A DNA stretch of 64,000 nt from Oscillospiraceae bacterium (GCA_015064895.1 SVRI01000012.1:1146-65145); one strand, 5' to 3'. Positions 1-8,693 are shown, counted from the first letter of the stretch. Numbers and translations are program-made. Notes: generated from the sequence alone by a model not told the origin.

Positions 1-974
1 TCGCAAAGGCTGAAAGCGCACAGGATCTCGAAAATGTAAGAGTATCCTACCTCGGCAAAAAGAGTCCGCTTACAGCGGTTCTCAAAAATATGGGTTCGCT
101 TACCCCCGAAGAAAGACCTGTTATGGGCGCTCTCGGTAACAGCGTAAGAGAGGCAATCACCAATGCTCTCGAAGAAGCAAAAAAAGAGATCGGCAAGAAA
201 GAGCTTGCAAAGAAACTTGAGAAGGAAACTATCGACGTAACACTTCCTGCAAAGAAGTGCTCCTGCGGTAAACTTCATCCTCTCACATCCATTCAGAGAG
301 AAATGGAAGAAATTTTCCTCGGCATGGGCTTCTCCATTGCAGAAGGTCCTGAAGTTGAAACAGATTATTACAACTTCACAGCCCTCAATACTCCCGAATT
401 CCACCCTGCGCGTGACGTTCAGGATACATTCTATATCACAGATAAGGTGCTTCTCAGAAGCCAGACAAGTACAACACAGGTTCATGCTATGGAAGAGAAT
501 AAACCTCCGATAAGAGTTATTTCTCCCGGACGTGTTTACAGAAGTGATGCCGTTGACGCAACACATTCTCCCATGTTCCACCAGTGTGAAGGTCTTGTAA
601 TTGATAAGGGCATTACAATGTCCGACCTTAAGGGAACACTTCTTCTCTTTGCTAAGCAGATGTTCGGTGAAAAGACAGAAATCAGATTCCGTCCTCACCA
701 TTTCCCGTTTACAGAACCCTCCTGCGAGGTTGACGTTTCCTGCTTCGTATGCGGCGGAAGCGGCTGCAGCGTATGTAAAGGCGAAGGCTGGATTGAAATT
801 CTCGGTGCCGGCATGGTACACCCCAACGTTCTCAGAATGAGCGGCATTGACCCTGAAGTATATTCCGGTTTTGCCTTCGGTATGGGTATTGAAAGAATAG
901 TTATGACAAAGTTCGGCATAAGCGATATGCGTCTTCTCTATGAAAACGATGTACGCTTCCTGTCACAGTTTTAA
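1..974 (+). CDS. pheS: phenylalanine--tRNA ligase alpha subunit; the 5' end lies upstream of the window
   Basis: The frame is open from base 3 ([31 protein letters not shown]...), so the ORF-track Met at 90 is internal. Class II aaRS motifs [22 protein letters not shown] and [11 protein letters not shown] are present. pheT starts 20 nt downstream. Confidence 0.95.
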   Translation, partial: AKAESAQDLENVRVSYLGKKSPLTAVLKNMGSLTPEERPVMGALGNSVREAITNALEEAKKEIGKKELAKKLEKETIDVTLPAKKCSCGKLHPLTSIQREMEEIFLGMGFSIAEGPEVETDYYNFTALNTPEFHPARDVQDTFYITDKVLLRSQTSTTQVHAMEENKPPIRVISPGRVYRSDAVDATHSPMFHQCEGLVIDKGITMSDLKGTLLLFAKQMFGEKTEIRFRPHHFPFTEPSCEVDVSCFVCGGSGCSVCKGEGWIEILGAGMVHPNVLRMSGIDPEVYSGFAFGMGIERIVMTKFGISDMRLLYENDVRFLSQF

Positions 975-993
975 GTAAAGGAGGAAGTCTATA

Positions 994-3384
994 ATGAAAT
1001 TATCAATGAACTGGTTAAAGGACTACGTAAAAGAAGACTTTGACCCCAAGGCTTACTCCGATAAGCTCACAATGACAGGCTCAAAGGTAGAAGGCTACGA
1101 ATGCCCTGCCGACGAAATCAAAAATGTAGTAGTAGGTAAGCTTATTACCGTTGAAAAGCACCCCGACTCCGACCATCTTCTTATTTGTATGGTGGATATC
1201 GGTGAAAGCGAACCTGTACAGATCGTTACAGGTGCACAGAATGTAAAGCCCGGCGAACTTGTTCCTGCGGCTCTTCACGATTCCTACCTTCCCGGCGGTG
1301 TTCATATCAAGGCAGGTAAGCTCAGAGGAGTTCCCTCCAACGGTATGCTCTGTTCACTCGGCGAACTCGGTCTCGACAAGCACGACTTCCCCTATGCAGA
1401 GGAAGACGGCATATTCCTGCTTCAGGAAGACTGCAAGCCCGGCGATGACATTTGTAAGGTTCTCGGACTTGACGACGTGACTGTTGAATTTGAAATCACA
1501 TCCAACCGTCCCGACTGTCTTTCCATGATAGGTCTTGCAAGAGAAACTGCGGCATCTTTTGATACAGATGTTACTATTCCCACACCTGTTGTAAAAGAAA
1601 CAGATAACGGCAAGACAATTAATGACTATATCAGCGTTGAAGTTCTCGACTCAAAGCTTTGCCCCAGATACACGGCAAGAGTTGTTGAAAACGTAAAGAT
1701 TGAACCCTCACCCAAATGGTTAAGAAGCAGACTTCGTGCCTGTGGTATCAGACCCATCAATAACATCGTAGATATCACAAACTACGTTTGCCTTGAGTAT
1801 GGTCAGCCTATGCACGCTTTTGATGCATCCTTCCTCGGTGGCTCAAAGATTGTCGTAAGACACGCTGAAAAAGACGAAAAGATTACAACACTTGACAGCA
1901 TCGAAAGACAGCTTTCCGAAGAAATGCTTGTTATCGCAGACGCAGATAAGGCAGTTGCAGTTGCAGGTGTTATGGGCGGCGAAAACAGCGAAATCAATGA
2001 TAATACAAAGACAATTGTATTTGAAAGTGCAAACTTCAACGGTCCTTCTGTAAGACTTACAGCAAAGGCAATCGGTCTTCGTACAGAAGCCTCCGGAAGA
2101 TACGAAAAGGGACTTGATCCCGAAAACACACTTCCTGCAATCGAAAGAGCTTGTGAGCTTATCGAAATGCTCGGTGCAGGTGAGGTTGTAAAGGGTATTA
2201 TCGACGTATATCCCGAAAAGCCTCAGAAGAGAGCAATTCCCTTTGATGCAGACAAGATTAACGCATTCCTCGGTACAGATGTTGCCGAAGAAGAAATGAA
2301 AGCAATTTTCAAGAAGCTTGATATTGAACTCGTAGACGGCGTTCTCTATCCTCCGTCATACAGAGCAGACCTTGAATGTATGCAGGATATCGCGGAAGAA
2401 GTTATCCGTATCCACGGCTACGACCTCATTCCCACAACAAACTTCAAGGCAGAGGCACTTGTTGGAAGACGTAACGCAAAGCAGAACAGCTTAAAGCTTA
2501 TTGATGAGCTTCTCATTGGCGAGGGCTACTATGAAGTGCAGACTTTCTCCTTCATCAGTCCTAAGTATTATGACAATATCTGTATGCCCTCTGATTCACC
2601 TCTCAGAAAGTCTGTTGTTATTTCCAATCCTCTCGGTGAAGATACAAGCATCATGAGAACAACCGCAGTTCCCAGTGTTCTTGAAGTACTCAGTACAAAC
2701 AGAAGATACAGGAACAAGAATGCAAGAATCTATGAAAACGCAAAGGTTTATATCACAAAGGAAGGCGAAGATCAGCCCGATGAACGTATGTCAACGGTAA
2801 TTGCGGCATACGGCGATGTAGACTTCTACGACATGAAGGGTGTTTGCGAAAACATTCTCGACCTTCTCGGCATCAAGGCTTATGATTTTGTACCCAACAC
2901 AGAGGCTCCTGCATTCCATCCCGGAAGATGTGCGTCTGTACTCAGCCGTGATGGCGAAAGACTTATCGTGTTCGGTCAGCTTCATCCCGCAGTTCAGGAA
3001 AACTACGGTCTTGACATAGAAAGCTATGTTATCGTTTGCGATACAGAGCTTATGATGACAATGCAGAATTTTGATAAGCACTATAAGGCTCTTCCCAAGT
3101 TCCCCTCATCCGAACGTGACCTTGCATTTGTTTGCGATAAGGCACTTACATCGGGTGAAATCAAGAAGGCTATCAAGAAGTACGGCGGAAAGCTTCTCGA
3201 ATCCGTTGAAGTGTTCGACATCTTCGAGGACGAAGAAAAGGTAGGCGCAGGCAAGAAGTCCATGGCATATAACCTTGTACTCAGAAGCCCCGAAAAGACA
3301 CTTTCCGTTGAAGAATGCGACAAGGCAGTTGCCAAGATTCTTAAAGGACTTGAATTTGACCTTGGTATTACTTTGAGAGGTTAG
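994..3384 (+). CDS. pheT: phenylalanine--tRNA ligase beta subunit
   Basis: 796 aa. N-terminal tRNA-binding domain (VVGKLITVEKHPDSDHLLICMVDIG), B3/4-B5 core and a C-terminal FDX-ACB-like tail. AAGGAGG at 978-984. Classic pheS-pheT pair. Confidence 0.95.
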   Translation: MKLSMNWLKDYVKEDFDPKAYSDKLTMTGSKVEGYECPADEIKNVVVGKLITVEKHPDSDHLLICMVDIGESEPVQIVTGAQNVKPGELVPAALHDSYLPGGVHIKAGKLRGVPSNGMLCSLGELGLDKHDFPYAEEDGIFLLQEDCKPGDDICKVLGLDDVTVEFEITSNRPDCLSMIGLARETAASFDTDVTIPTPVVKETDNGKTINDYISVEVLDSKLCPRYTARVVENVKIEPSPKWLRSRLRACGIRPINNIVDITNYVCLEYGQPMHAFDASFLGGSKIVVRHAEKDEKITTLDSIERQLSEEMLVIADADKAVAVAGVMGGENSEINDNTKTIVFESANFNGPSVRLTAKAIGLRTEASGRYEKGLDPENTLPAIERACELIEMLGAGEVVKGIIDVYPEKPQKRAIPFDADKINAFLGTDVAEEEMKAIFKKLDIELVDGVLYPPSYRADLECMQDIAEEVIRIHGYDLIPTTNFKAEALVGRRNAKQNSLKLIDELLIGEGYYEVQTFSFISPKYYDNICMPSDSPLRKSVVISNPLGEDTSIMRTTAVPSVLEVLSTNRRYRNKNARIYENAKVYITKEGEDQPDERMSTVIAAYGDVDFYDMKGVCENILDLLGIKAYDFVPNTEAPAFHPGRCASVLSRDGERLIVFGQLHPAVQENYGLDIESYVIVCDTELMMTMQNFDKHYKALPKFPSSERDLAFVCDKALTSGEIKKAIKKYGGKLLESVEVFDIFEDEEKVGAGKKSMAYNLVLRSPEKTLSVEECDKAVAKILKGLEFDLGITLRG

Positions 3385-3495
3385 TTACTTTCTCTTTACT
3401 GAAAAGAGAAAGTAACCAAAGAGAAAAGAACTCGAGACTGCTTTCTTGGTTTAATCTGTATCACAGATGCCCGAAAGAAGCAGAGTTTTGTTTTC
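3384..3495 (+). terminator. hairpin pair downstream of pheT (putative terminator region)
   Basis: A perfect 14-bp stem (gttactttctcttt / aaagagaaagtaac, 3384-3416) overlaps the pheT stop but has no U-tract. A second, bulged stem (ctgctttctt / aagaagcag, about 3438-3485) is followed by TTTTGTTTT. Confidence 0.45.
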
Positions 3496-3895
3496 TTGTA
3501 GGGGACGGCGTCCTCGACGTCCCGCATGGTTTTATTATAACGAATCCCTTGCTACCTGTAAATGGTGCAAGGGATTTTTGCTTATATTTGTACCACCGCC
3601 AAATGAGGGTAGATTAGCCGCCACGGCAAAAGAGGGCAGGTCTGCGGAATGAGGGCGGTAGAGTGATTTGGATAGTTGAGAGCCCAAATTTTGACAGTAG
3701 CGTAGAAGAATAATATTCCAATTATTCGAGTCAAAATTTGCAAATTGGTACTTAGTTGTTCCCGAATGAGCCATCCCCTCTTGTTGAGTGGAGAATTTTT
3801 GGTACTTTTGTTTCGGGACAAAAGTACATAATAAAAACCCTAGAATAAAAATATAAAAAAGAGCATGGCTTTCATCCATACTCTTTTCAATAATA

Positions 3896-4219
3896 CTACA
3901 TTATCCTTAAAAGAATCATGTATAATACCGTCGCAACTCCAATGCTTATAAAACTGTTTCTCCATATCCAGTGAAGAACACCCGCACATAAAACGCCGAT
4001 AAGCTCAGGGATTCCGTGAGTACCTGCCAAAACATCCGTGTTTCTCAGTGCATAAATCACAAGCGTTGCAATAACGGCAGGGGGAAGCACTTTGCCGAGA
4101 TACAGAATAATCTTCGGAACCTTTTCCGCATCCCTGAATACAAGAAAGGGAATGGCACGTGTAAGCATTGTACAAACAGCACATACGGCAATGATAAGTA
4201 TAAGCTTTGTCGTTGTCAT
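3896..4219 (-). CDS. azlD: AzlD-family branched-chain amino acid transport protein
   Basis: 107 aa, almost entirely hydrophobic helices. Its start overlaps the stop of the upstream azlC-like gene by 4 nt (4216-4219), the typical azlCD arrangement. Confidence 0.8.
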   Translation of the reverse strand: MTTTKLILIIAVCAVCTMLTRAIPFLVFRDAEKVPKIILYLGKVLPPAVIATLVIYALRNTDVLAGTHGIPELIGVLCAGVLHWIWRNSFISIGVATVLYMILLRIM

Positions 4220-4947
4220 GCTTTCTGCACCTCCTTTTCCGCTTCGGTGTGCTTGTTATAGATGCTTTTTGTGAAAATCAGCACTACCGATGAAAGAACA
4301 AGAGAGGGGAAGATAAAGTCGTCGGGACCGAGAATGAGTAAAAAGACAACCGAGGAAATAAATCCCGTAATTGCGGGAAGCTTGTAGGAGTTTGACTTCC
4401 ACTGCTCAACGAAAAGCACAACAAACAGTGCCGTCATTGAAAAGTCAACACCCGTAAAGTCAAAGGGAATGGAGCCTATGAGATTTCCGATAACAGAACC
4501 GATAATCCAGTAGGAGTGGTCAAAAAGCGAGATAAAGAGCATTGTCAGAGGATGAGCGTTGTCCTTTTCCGTAAAACAGAGAACCGAGTATGTTTCATCC
4601 GTAAGCTCTAAAATGTTTATCCATTTTTTCTTGCCAAGCACATTGAAACGGGTAAGAAAGCTGAGACCGTAGAATATGTGGCGGGAATTAAGCAGTATTG
4701 TCATAACTCCGCAGGTAATAAGGGGTGCATTGTCCGCGATGAATTCGCACATTAAAAACTGCCCCGAGCCTGCATATATAAATAAACTCGATATAAACGC
4801 CCAGAAAACACCGTTGCCTGTTTCTCTCAGCATAATACCAAAGGTGATACCTAAGAACAGATAGCCGTACATAACAGGCTGTGAACGTTTAAAGGAGTAT
4901 GAAAGTATCTTTTTCAAAATACGACATTCCTTTCTTTTTTCAAACAT
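4216..4947 (-). CDS. azlC: AzlC-family branched-chain amino acid permease component
   Basis: Polytopic membrane protein (YGYLFLGITFGIMLRETG..., GSGQFLM...). I chose the ATG at 4947 (MFEKRKE...) as the start. The ORF-track start at 5115 would run through the divergent promoter and into the next gene. Confidence 0.8.
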   Translation of the reverse strand: MFEKRKECRILKKILSYSFKRSQPVMYGYLFLGITFGIMLRETGNGVFWAFISSLFIYAGSGQFLMCEFIADNAPLITCGVMTILLNSRHIFYGLSFLTRFNVLGKKKWINILELTDETYSVLCFTEKDNAHPLTMLFISLFDHSYWIIGSVIGNLIGSIPFDFTGVDFSMTALFVVLFVEQWKSNSYKLPAITGFISSVVFLLILGPDDFIFPSLVLSSVVLIFTKSIYNKHTEAEKEVQKA

Positions 4948-5028
4948 TATGAGTATAGCACCGGCAATTTCTTTTATCAAGATGAAATTGTAAATAATGG
5001 CAAATCTTTTCATTTTAACAAATACCCC

Positions 5029-5057
5029 TTGAAATCTCCCCATAAATGGTATATAAT
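5029..5057 (+). promoter_or_regulatory. sigma-A type promoter for the DUF1858-trmK unit
   Basis: TTGAAA (5029-5034), 17-nt spacer, TATAAT (5052-5057). It lies 36 nt upstream of the ATG at 5093, which has a GGAGG RBS. Confidence 0.55.
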
Positions 5058-5092
5058 AAACCCATAAAGCAAAAACACGGAGGTAAATTACT

Positions 5093-5293
5093 ATGGCAAA
5101 GATTACAAAAGACACAATTGTCGGCGATATTCTTGATCTTGCACCCGAAGCTGCGCCCCTTTTCCTTGAAATAGGTATGCACTGCCTCGGCTGTCCTTCA
5201 GCTAGAGGTGAAACTGTTGAAATGGCTTGTGCCGTTCACGGCGTTGATGCAGACGAGCTTCTTCAGAAGATCAATGATCTTATCGGAGAATAA
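5093..5293 (+). CDS. DUF1858-type small protein (hybrid-cluster-protein-associated redox disulfide domain)
   Basis: 66 aa. Matches the DUF1858 pattern, with the motif IGMHCLGCPSARGETVEMAC. Confidence 0.75.
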   Translation: MAKITKDTIVGDILDLAPEAAPLFLEIGMHCLGCPSARGETVEMACAVHGVDADELLQKINDLIGE

Positions 5294-5296
5294 TTC

Positions 5297-6058
5297 GTGG
5301 GAAGAGATATAACAACCCCATCGACAAGGCTGGTAGCGGCGGCAAAGATTGCCGCCGCTTCTTTGTATGATGGCGAAGACACAGACAATTTAGTTGCCAT
5401 AGATGTCGGCTGTGACCATGCAAAACTCGCAATTTACCTCGTGCAAAGCGGCATCTGTAGATATGTTACGGCATCCGATGTAAACGAAGGACCCGTAAAA
5501 AAGGCAAGGGAAAATGTGAGTAGACGTACTCTTATGGGTAAACCCCTGTCGGATAGTATAGAAGTTGTCCACACCGACGGTCTTTTTGGACTTTCGGATA
5601 GAAATGCCAACCGCATATTCATACTCGGCATGGGCGGTGAAGTCATTTCGGGAATTTTAGACAGGGCAGACTTCATAAAGAGCGAAGAAAACAAGGGCAA
5701 AATTAAATTTATCCTCCAGCCCATGACAAGCGAAGATAAACTTCGTGAGTATTTGCTTGAAAATGGCTATAATATCCTTGATGAAGAAATGGTGCTTGAT
5801 AAGGACAGGGTGTATGCCGTGATGTCGGTTTGTTTTGACGGTGTAAAAAGAGAATATACCCCTGCCGAAAAGCTGCTCGGAAGATATAATGTACAAAAAG
5901 GCGGTGAACTTTTCTGCCGTCAGCTTGACAGAAGAATCAGAATTACCGAAAAAGCCATTGCCGATAGAAAAAAAGCAGAGCTTGATTGTGCTGAGTTTGA
6001 GGAACTTTTGAGAGAAATGCTCAAGATACGAAAACTGCATGAAGCCTCCCTTGTGTAA
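5297..6058 (+). CDS. trmK: tRNA (adenine(22)-N(1))-methyltransferase TrmK-like class I SAM methyltransferase
   Basis: AIDVGCDHAKLAIYLV (SAM-binding DxGxDH motif), GMGGEVISGIL and a C-terminal coiled-coil region. GTG start. The last 5 codons and the stop (EASLV*) are supplied by the repeat module at 6042. Confidence 0.8.
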   Translation: MGRDITTPSTRLVAAAKIAAASLYDGEDTDNLVAIDVGCDHAKLAIYLVQSGICRYVTASDVNEGPVKKARENVSRRTLMGKPLSDSIEVVHTDGLFGLSDRNANRIFILGMGGEVISGILDRADFIKSEENKGKIKFILQPMTSEDKLREYLLENGYNILDEEMVLDKDRVYAVMSVCFDGVKREYTPAEKLLGRYNVQKGGELFCRQLDRRIRITEKAIADRKKAELDCAEFEELLREMLKIRKLHEASLV

Positions 6059-6100
6059 AGGGAGGTGGGTTTGCACAAGGTGCAAACTCGGAGGGATTGT
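6042..6100 (+). repeat. hairpin repeat module, copy 1 (forward)
   Basis: aagCCTCCCTTgtgtaAAGGGAGG (8-bp stem) + tgg + GTTTGCACaagGTGCAAAC (variable hairpin) + tcGGAGGGATTGT, immediately before the ATG at 6101. Confidence 0.9.
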
Positions 6101-6469
6101 ATGGATAGAAAACATAACAAATCAATAGTTCCTACGGCACGTATGCTCCGAAAGAATATGACAAAGGAAGAAAAGCATTTGTGGTATGATTATCTGCGTA
6201 CATATTCTGTAAAGTTTTCAAGGCAAAAGGTGCTTGGAAAATATATAGCTGATTTTTATTGTGCAGAGGCAAAACTTATCATTGAACTTGACGGTTCTCA
6301 GCATTATGAAGAAAAAGGAATTGAATACGATGCAGAGAGAACCGCATATTTGGAAAAATACGGTTTGAGAGTTATAAGAATTGAAAACATAGAAATAAAC
6401 AAGAATTTTGATGGTATTTGCGAATATATTGACAGACTGGTACAACAATCCCTCAGTCAGCAAAGCTGA
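6101..6469 (+). CDS. DUF559 (Vsr-like endonuclease fold) domain protein
   Basis: 122 aa. ARMLRKNMTKEEKHLWYDYLR..., FSRQKVLGKYIADFYCAEAKLIIELDGSQH..., RTAYLEKYGLRVIRIEN is the typical DUF559 pattern. The ATG at 6101 lies 5 nt after the module GGAGGG. The last 8 codons lie in the inverted module. Confidence 0.85.
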   Translation: MDRKHNKSIVPTARMLRKNMTKEEKHLWYDYLRTYSVKFSRQKVLGKYIADFYCAEAKLIIELDGSQHYEEKGIEYDAERTAYLEKYGLRVIRIENIEINKNFDGICEYIDRLVQQSLSQQS

Positions 6470-6494
6470 CAGCTCCCTTTACACAAGGGAGCCG
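6444..6494 (-). repeat. hairpin repeat module, copy 2 (inverted orientation)
   Basis: See the reverse-complement alignment under the mobile_element entry. The variable hairpin here is GTCAGCaaaGCTGAC. Confidence 0.9.
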
Positions 6495-6519
6495 TAGATA
6501 CGTGCAGCAGGAGAAAGTA

Positions 6520-7023
6520 ATGAAGAAGCTTTTAACGATATTGGGACCCAATGGTGTAGGAAAGAGTACAACAGCGAAAGCTTTTGTTGAACAATATGAA
6601 AATTCTGCATATGTTGATGCTGAATGGTGTCGTTATATGAATCCGTTTTCTTTTACTGAAGAAACAAAACAGGTTGTAATCAAAAATCTTTATTGTTTGT
6701 TATTTAATTATTTTTCGTGTAGTAAGATAAATACAGTGGTGTTTCCGTATGGCTGGCATGGGGAAAGAAAATGCATATACGATAGAGTGATTGAAAAACT
6801 GAAAGAACAAAAAATAGACTTTGAAGAGTATATAATTGTTTTAGACTGTTCTAAAGATGAAATAATGAGACGAGCTATAAAAGACGGCAGGGATGAAGAA
6901 AGAATAAAACGAGGATTGGAAAATACCTTTTTGTTCTATAATGATTTTGACTATCCTAGAATTAACACTACAAATATAACCCCGTTAGATGTAGCAAAAC
7001 AAATAAGATTGCTAATACCGTAA
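6520..7023 (+). CDS. small P-loop NTPase (AAA/nucleoside-kinase-like), function unknown
   Basis: 167 aa. Walker A is LGPNGVGKST. AGGAGA RBS at 6509-6514 before the ATG at 6520. The gene sits between repeat copy 2 and copy 3. Confidence 0.65.
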   Translation: MKKLLTILGPNGVGKSTTAKAFVEQYENSAYVDAEWCRYMNPFSFTEETKQVVIKNLYCLLFNYFSCSKINTVVFPYGWHGERKCIYDRVIEKLKEQKIDFEEYIIVLDCSKDEIMRRAIKDGRDEERIKRGLENTFLFYNDFDYPRINTTNITPLDVAKQIRLLIP

Positions 7024-7075
7024 AAGCCTCCCTTGTGTAAAGGGAGGTGTCACCGCGAGGTGACGGAGGGATTGT
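7024..7075 (+). repeat. hairpin repeat module, copy 3 (forward)
   Basis: aagCCTCCCTTgtgtaAAGGGAGG + t + GTCACCgcgaGGTGAC + GGAGGGATTGT. Confidence 0.9.
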
Positions 7076-7097
7076 AAAAAGAAAGGGAGAAAACAAC

Positions 7098-7865
7098 ATG
7101 ACAACAGTAAGAGACATAGATAATTTTATTTCCGAAATATCCCCAAAGGAGCTTTCTGAAAGCTGGGACAATGACGGGGTTATGATTTGCTCGCGTCCCG
7201 ATAAAAGTGCAAAAAAAATCCTTGTTGCCCTCGATGCAACGTCAGATGTTATCGACTATGCAGGCAAAAAAGGTTTTGACCTCATAGTTACCCACCACCC
7301 CTTTATTTTCAAGAAACTTTCACGTATCACGGGCTTTGAATATAAAAACCTTGAAACACTTATAAAAAATGACGTTTCAGTGCTTTCCTACCATACAAGA
7401 CTTGACTCTGCACAGGGCGGTGTTAATGATGTTCTTGCACAAACTCTCGGACTCGGTGATATAAAAGGCTTTGGCGGTGATAGGGGAGACTTTGGCAGAA
7501 TCGGCAGTCTTTCTGAGGAAATGTCGGGAAGGGAGTTTGCACTCTATCTTAAAGAAAAGCTGGGATGTGACGTGAGATGTGCGTTTAATGACAGCAAAAT
7601 GATAAAGACGGTTGCCGTTCTCGGCGGTTCGGGTAAGGACTTTGTGTATGAAGCCATGATGACAGGTGCAGATGCCTATGTCACATCGGAAATTCCCCAT
7701 AACCTTTTCATTGATGCAAAGGTTCGTGACTTTGCACTCTATGACTGCGGTCACTACTATACTGAAAATCCCGTTTGTGAAAAGATTAAGAGCCTTTTGA
7801 CAGATAAGTTCTCGGATGTTGAGGTTGAAATTTTTGATATAAAGAGTCCGTATGTGTGCTATTAA
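7098..7865 (+). CDS. Nif3-family dinuclear metal centre protein (YqfO-like)
   Basis: WDNDGV, LVALDAT, DLIVTHHPFIF, SYHTRLD and CGHYYTE motifs. The ATG at 7098 follows AGGGAGA. The ORF-track start at 7047 lies inside the repeat module. Confidence 0.9.
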   Translation: MTTVRDIDNFISEISPKELSESWDNDGVMICSRPDKSAKKILVALDATSDVIDYAGKKGFDLIVTHHPFIFKKLSRITGFEYKNLETLIKNDVSVLSYHTRLDSAQGGVNDVLAQTLGLGDIKGFGGDRGDFGRIGSLSEEMSGREFALYLKEKLGCDVRCAFNDSKMIKTVAVLGGSGKDFVYEAMMTGADAYVTSEIPHNLFIDAKVRDFALYDCGHYYTENPVCEKIKSLLTDKFSDVEVEIFDIKSPYVCY

Positions 7866-7879
7866 GAGGAGATAAAGAT

Positions 7880-8374
7880 ATGAAAAGAGGAATCACACGC
7901 AGAGAACGTGAAGTTACAGATTTAAATGAAATAATCGGCATACTCGACAGGGCAAAGATTGTCCATGTGGGCATGGTGGATGAGGGTAAACCCTATATTG
8001 TCCCCATGAACTACGGCTACACAATGATTGACGGTAAGCTGTCCCTTTACCTTCACGGTGCAACGACGGGTAGAAAACTCGATATTCTAAGAGTAAACCC
8101 CGAGGTTTTTGTTGAAATAGATACAGATATTGTACCTTTTGAAGGGGAATCGGCATGCCAGCACGGTATTTGCTATTCGTCTGTAATGGGTGAGGGAAAA
8201 GCTACAATCATTGAGGATGCCTGTGGCAAAATCGACGGTCTGAAGAAATTGATGAAAACACAAACAGGCAAGGACTTCGAGTTCAACGATAAAATGGTTG
8301 CAGGTGTAACAGTTATCAGAATTGACGTCGAAGAATATACGGCAAAGAAAAGACCTATGCCGAACAGAGGTTAA
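7880..8374 (+). CDS. pyridoxamine 5'-phosphate oxidase family (Nim-like) flavoprotein
   Basis: MKRGITRREREVTDLNEIIGILDRAKIVHVGMVDEGKPYIVPMNYGY matches the Nim/PNPOx-like N-terminal pattern. RBS AAGAGGAG. Confidence 0.8.
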   Translation: MKRGITRREREVTDLNEIIGILDRAKIVHVGMVDEGKPYIVPMNYGYTMIDGKLSLYLHGATTGRKLDILRVNPEVFVEIDTDIVPFEGESACQHGICYSSVMGEGKATIIEDACGKIDGLKKLMKTQTGKDFEFNDKMVAGVTVIRIDVEEYTAKKRPMPNRG

Positions 8375-8377
8375 AAT

Positions 8378-8498
8378 GAGTTTGACCGCCCTGCTTATGG
8401 CGGTCAAACGGTAAAACAATCGAGAAATAATAATAAAACTTCAATCCTTTGCAGAAAGGTGACAAATTCGAGTTCTTTTGCCTGCTTTTCTGCGAAAG
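8378..8498 (+). repeat. tandem intergenic repeat, unit 1
   Basis: Hairpin GTTTGACCGCC-N8-GGCGGTCAAAC, then aatcgagaaataa.aataaaacttcaatcctttgcagaaaggtgacaaat.cgagttctt...ttctgcgaaag. It repeats 195 bp downstream at roughly 85% identity by eye. Confidence 0.85.
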
Positions 8499-8572
8499 GC
8501 GGCGAGTCGCCGCTGACAAAACACGGGGCATTTTGGTTTGAACCAAAGCTGAAGTGTCGCACAAAAAGTAAA

Positions 8573-8693
8573 GAGTTTGACCGCTTGCCTTAACGGCGGT
8601 CAAACGGAATACCAATCGAGAAATAAAGATAAAACTTCAATCCTTTGCAGAAAGGTGACAAATGCGAGTTCTTTGCTAAGCTTTCTGCGAAAG
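8573..8693 (+). repeat. tandem intergenic repeat, unit 2
   Basis: Same layout as unit 1, with a different hairpin loop and a conserved stem. It ends 15 nt before the rqcH start. Confidence 0.85.

Larger units (their letters stand above)
6042..6494. mobile_element. candidate MITE-like unit: DUF559 gene bracketed by inverted copies of the hairpin module
   Basis: The reverse complement of 6444-6494 reads acgGCTCCCTTGTGTAAAGGGAGCTGTCAGCtttGCTGACtGAGGGATTGTt. This is collinear with the forward modules at 6042 and 7024. No transposase or target-site duplication was seen. Confidence 0.4.

Noticed and set aside
3620-3665. SRP (4.5S/scRNA) domain IV-like sequence GGCAGGTCTGCGGAATGAGGGCGG.
   Set aside because: It only superficially resembles the conserved GUCAGGUCCGGAAGGAAGCAGC motif. 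I could not build the complementary 3' strand or the flanking helices. This needs a covariance-model scan before any claim.
6042-7075. Integron-like gene cassettes with attC sites.
   Set aside because: The structured, sequence-variable hairpins at cassette boundaries are reminiscent of attC. However, there is no intI integrase or attI nearby. The modules are much shorter than typical attC sites and lack recognisable R/L boxes. I kept this only as a loose analogy within the mobile-unit finding.
8378-8693. Possible CRISPR array, prompted by repeated hairpin-containing units.
   Set aside because: There are only two units, 120 bp each, at a 195-bp period, and they share similarity beyond any repeat core. 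No cas genes are present. The hairpin clusters at 21292-21382 and 11852-11937 have units that are too short and irregular and lack spacers.
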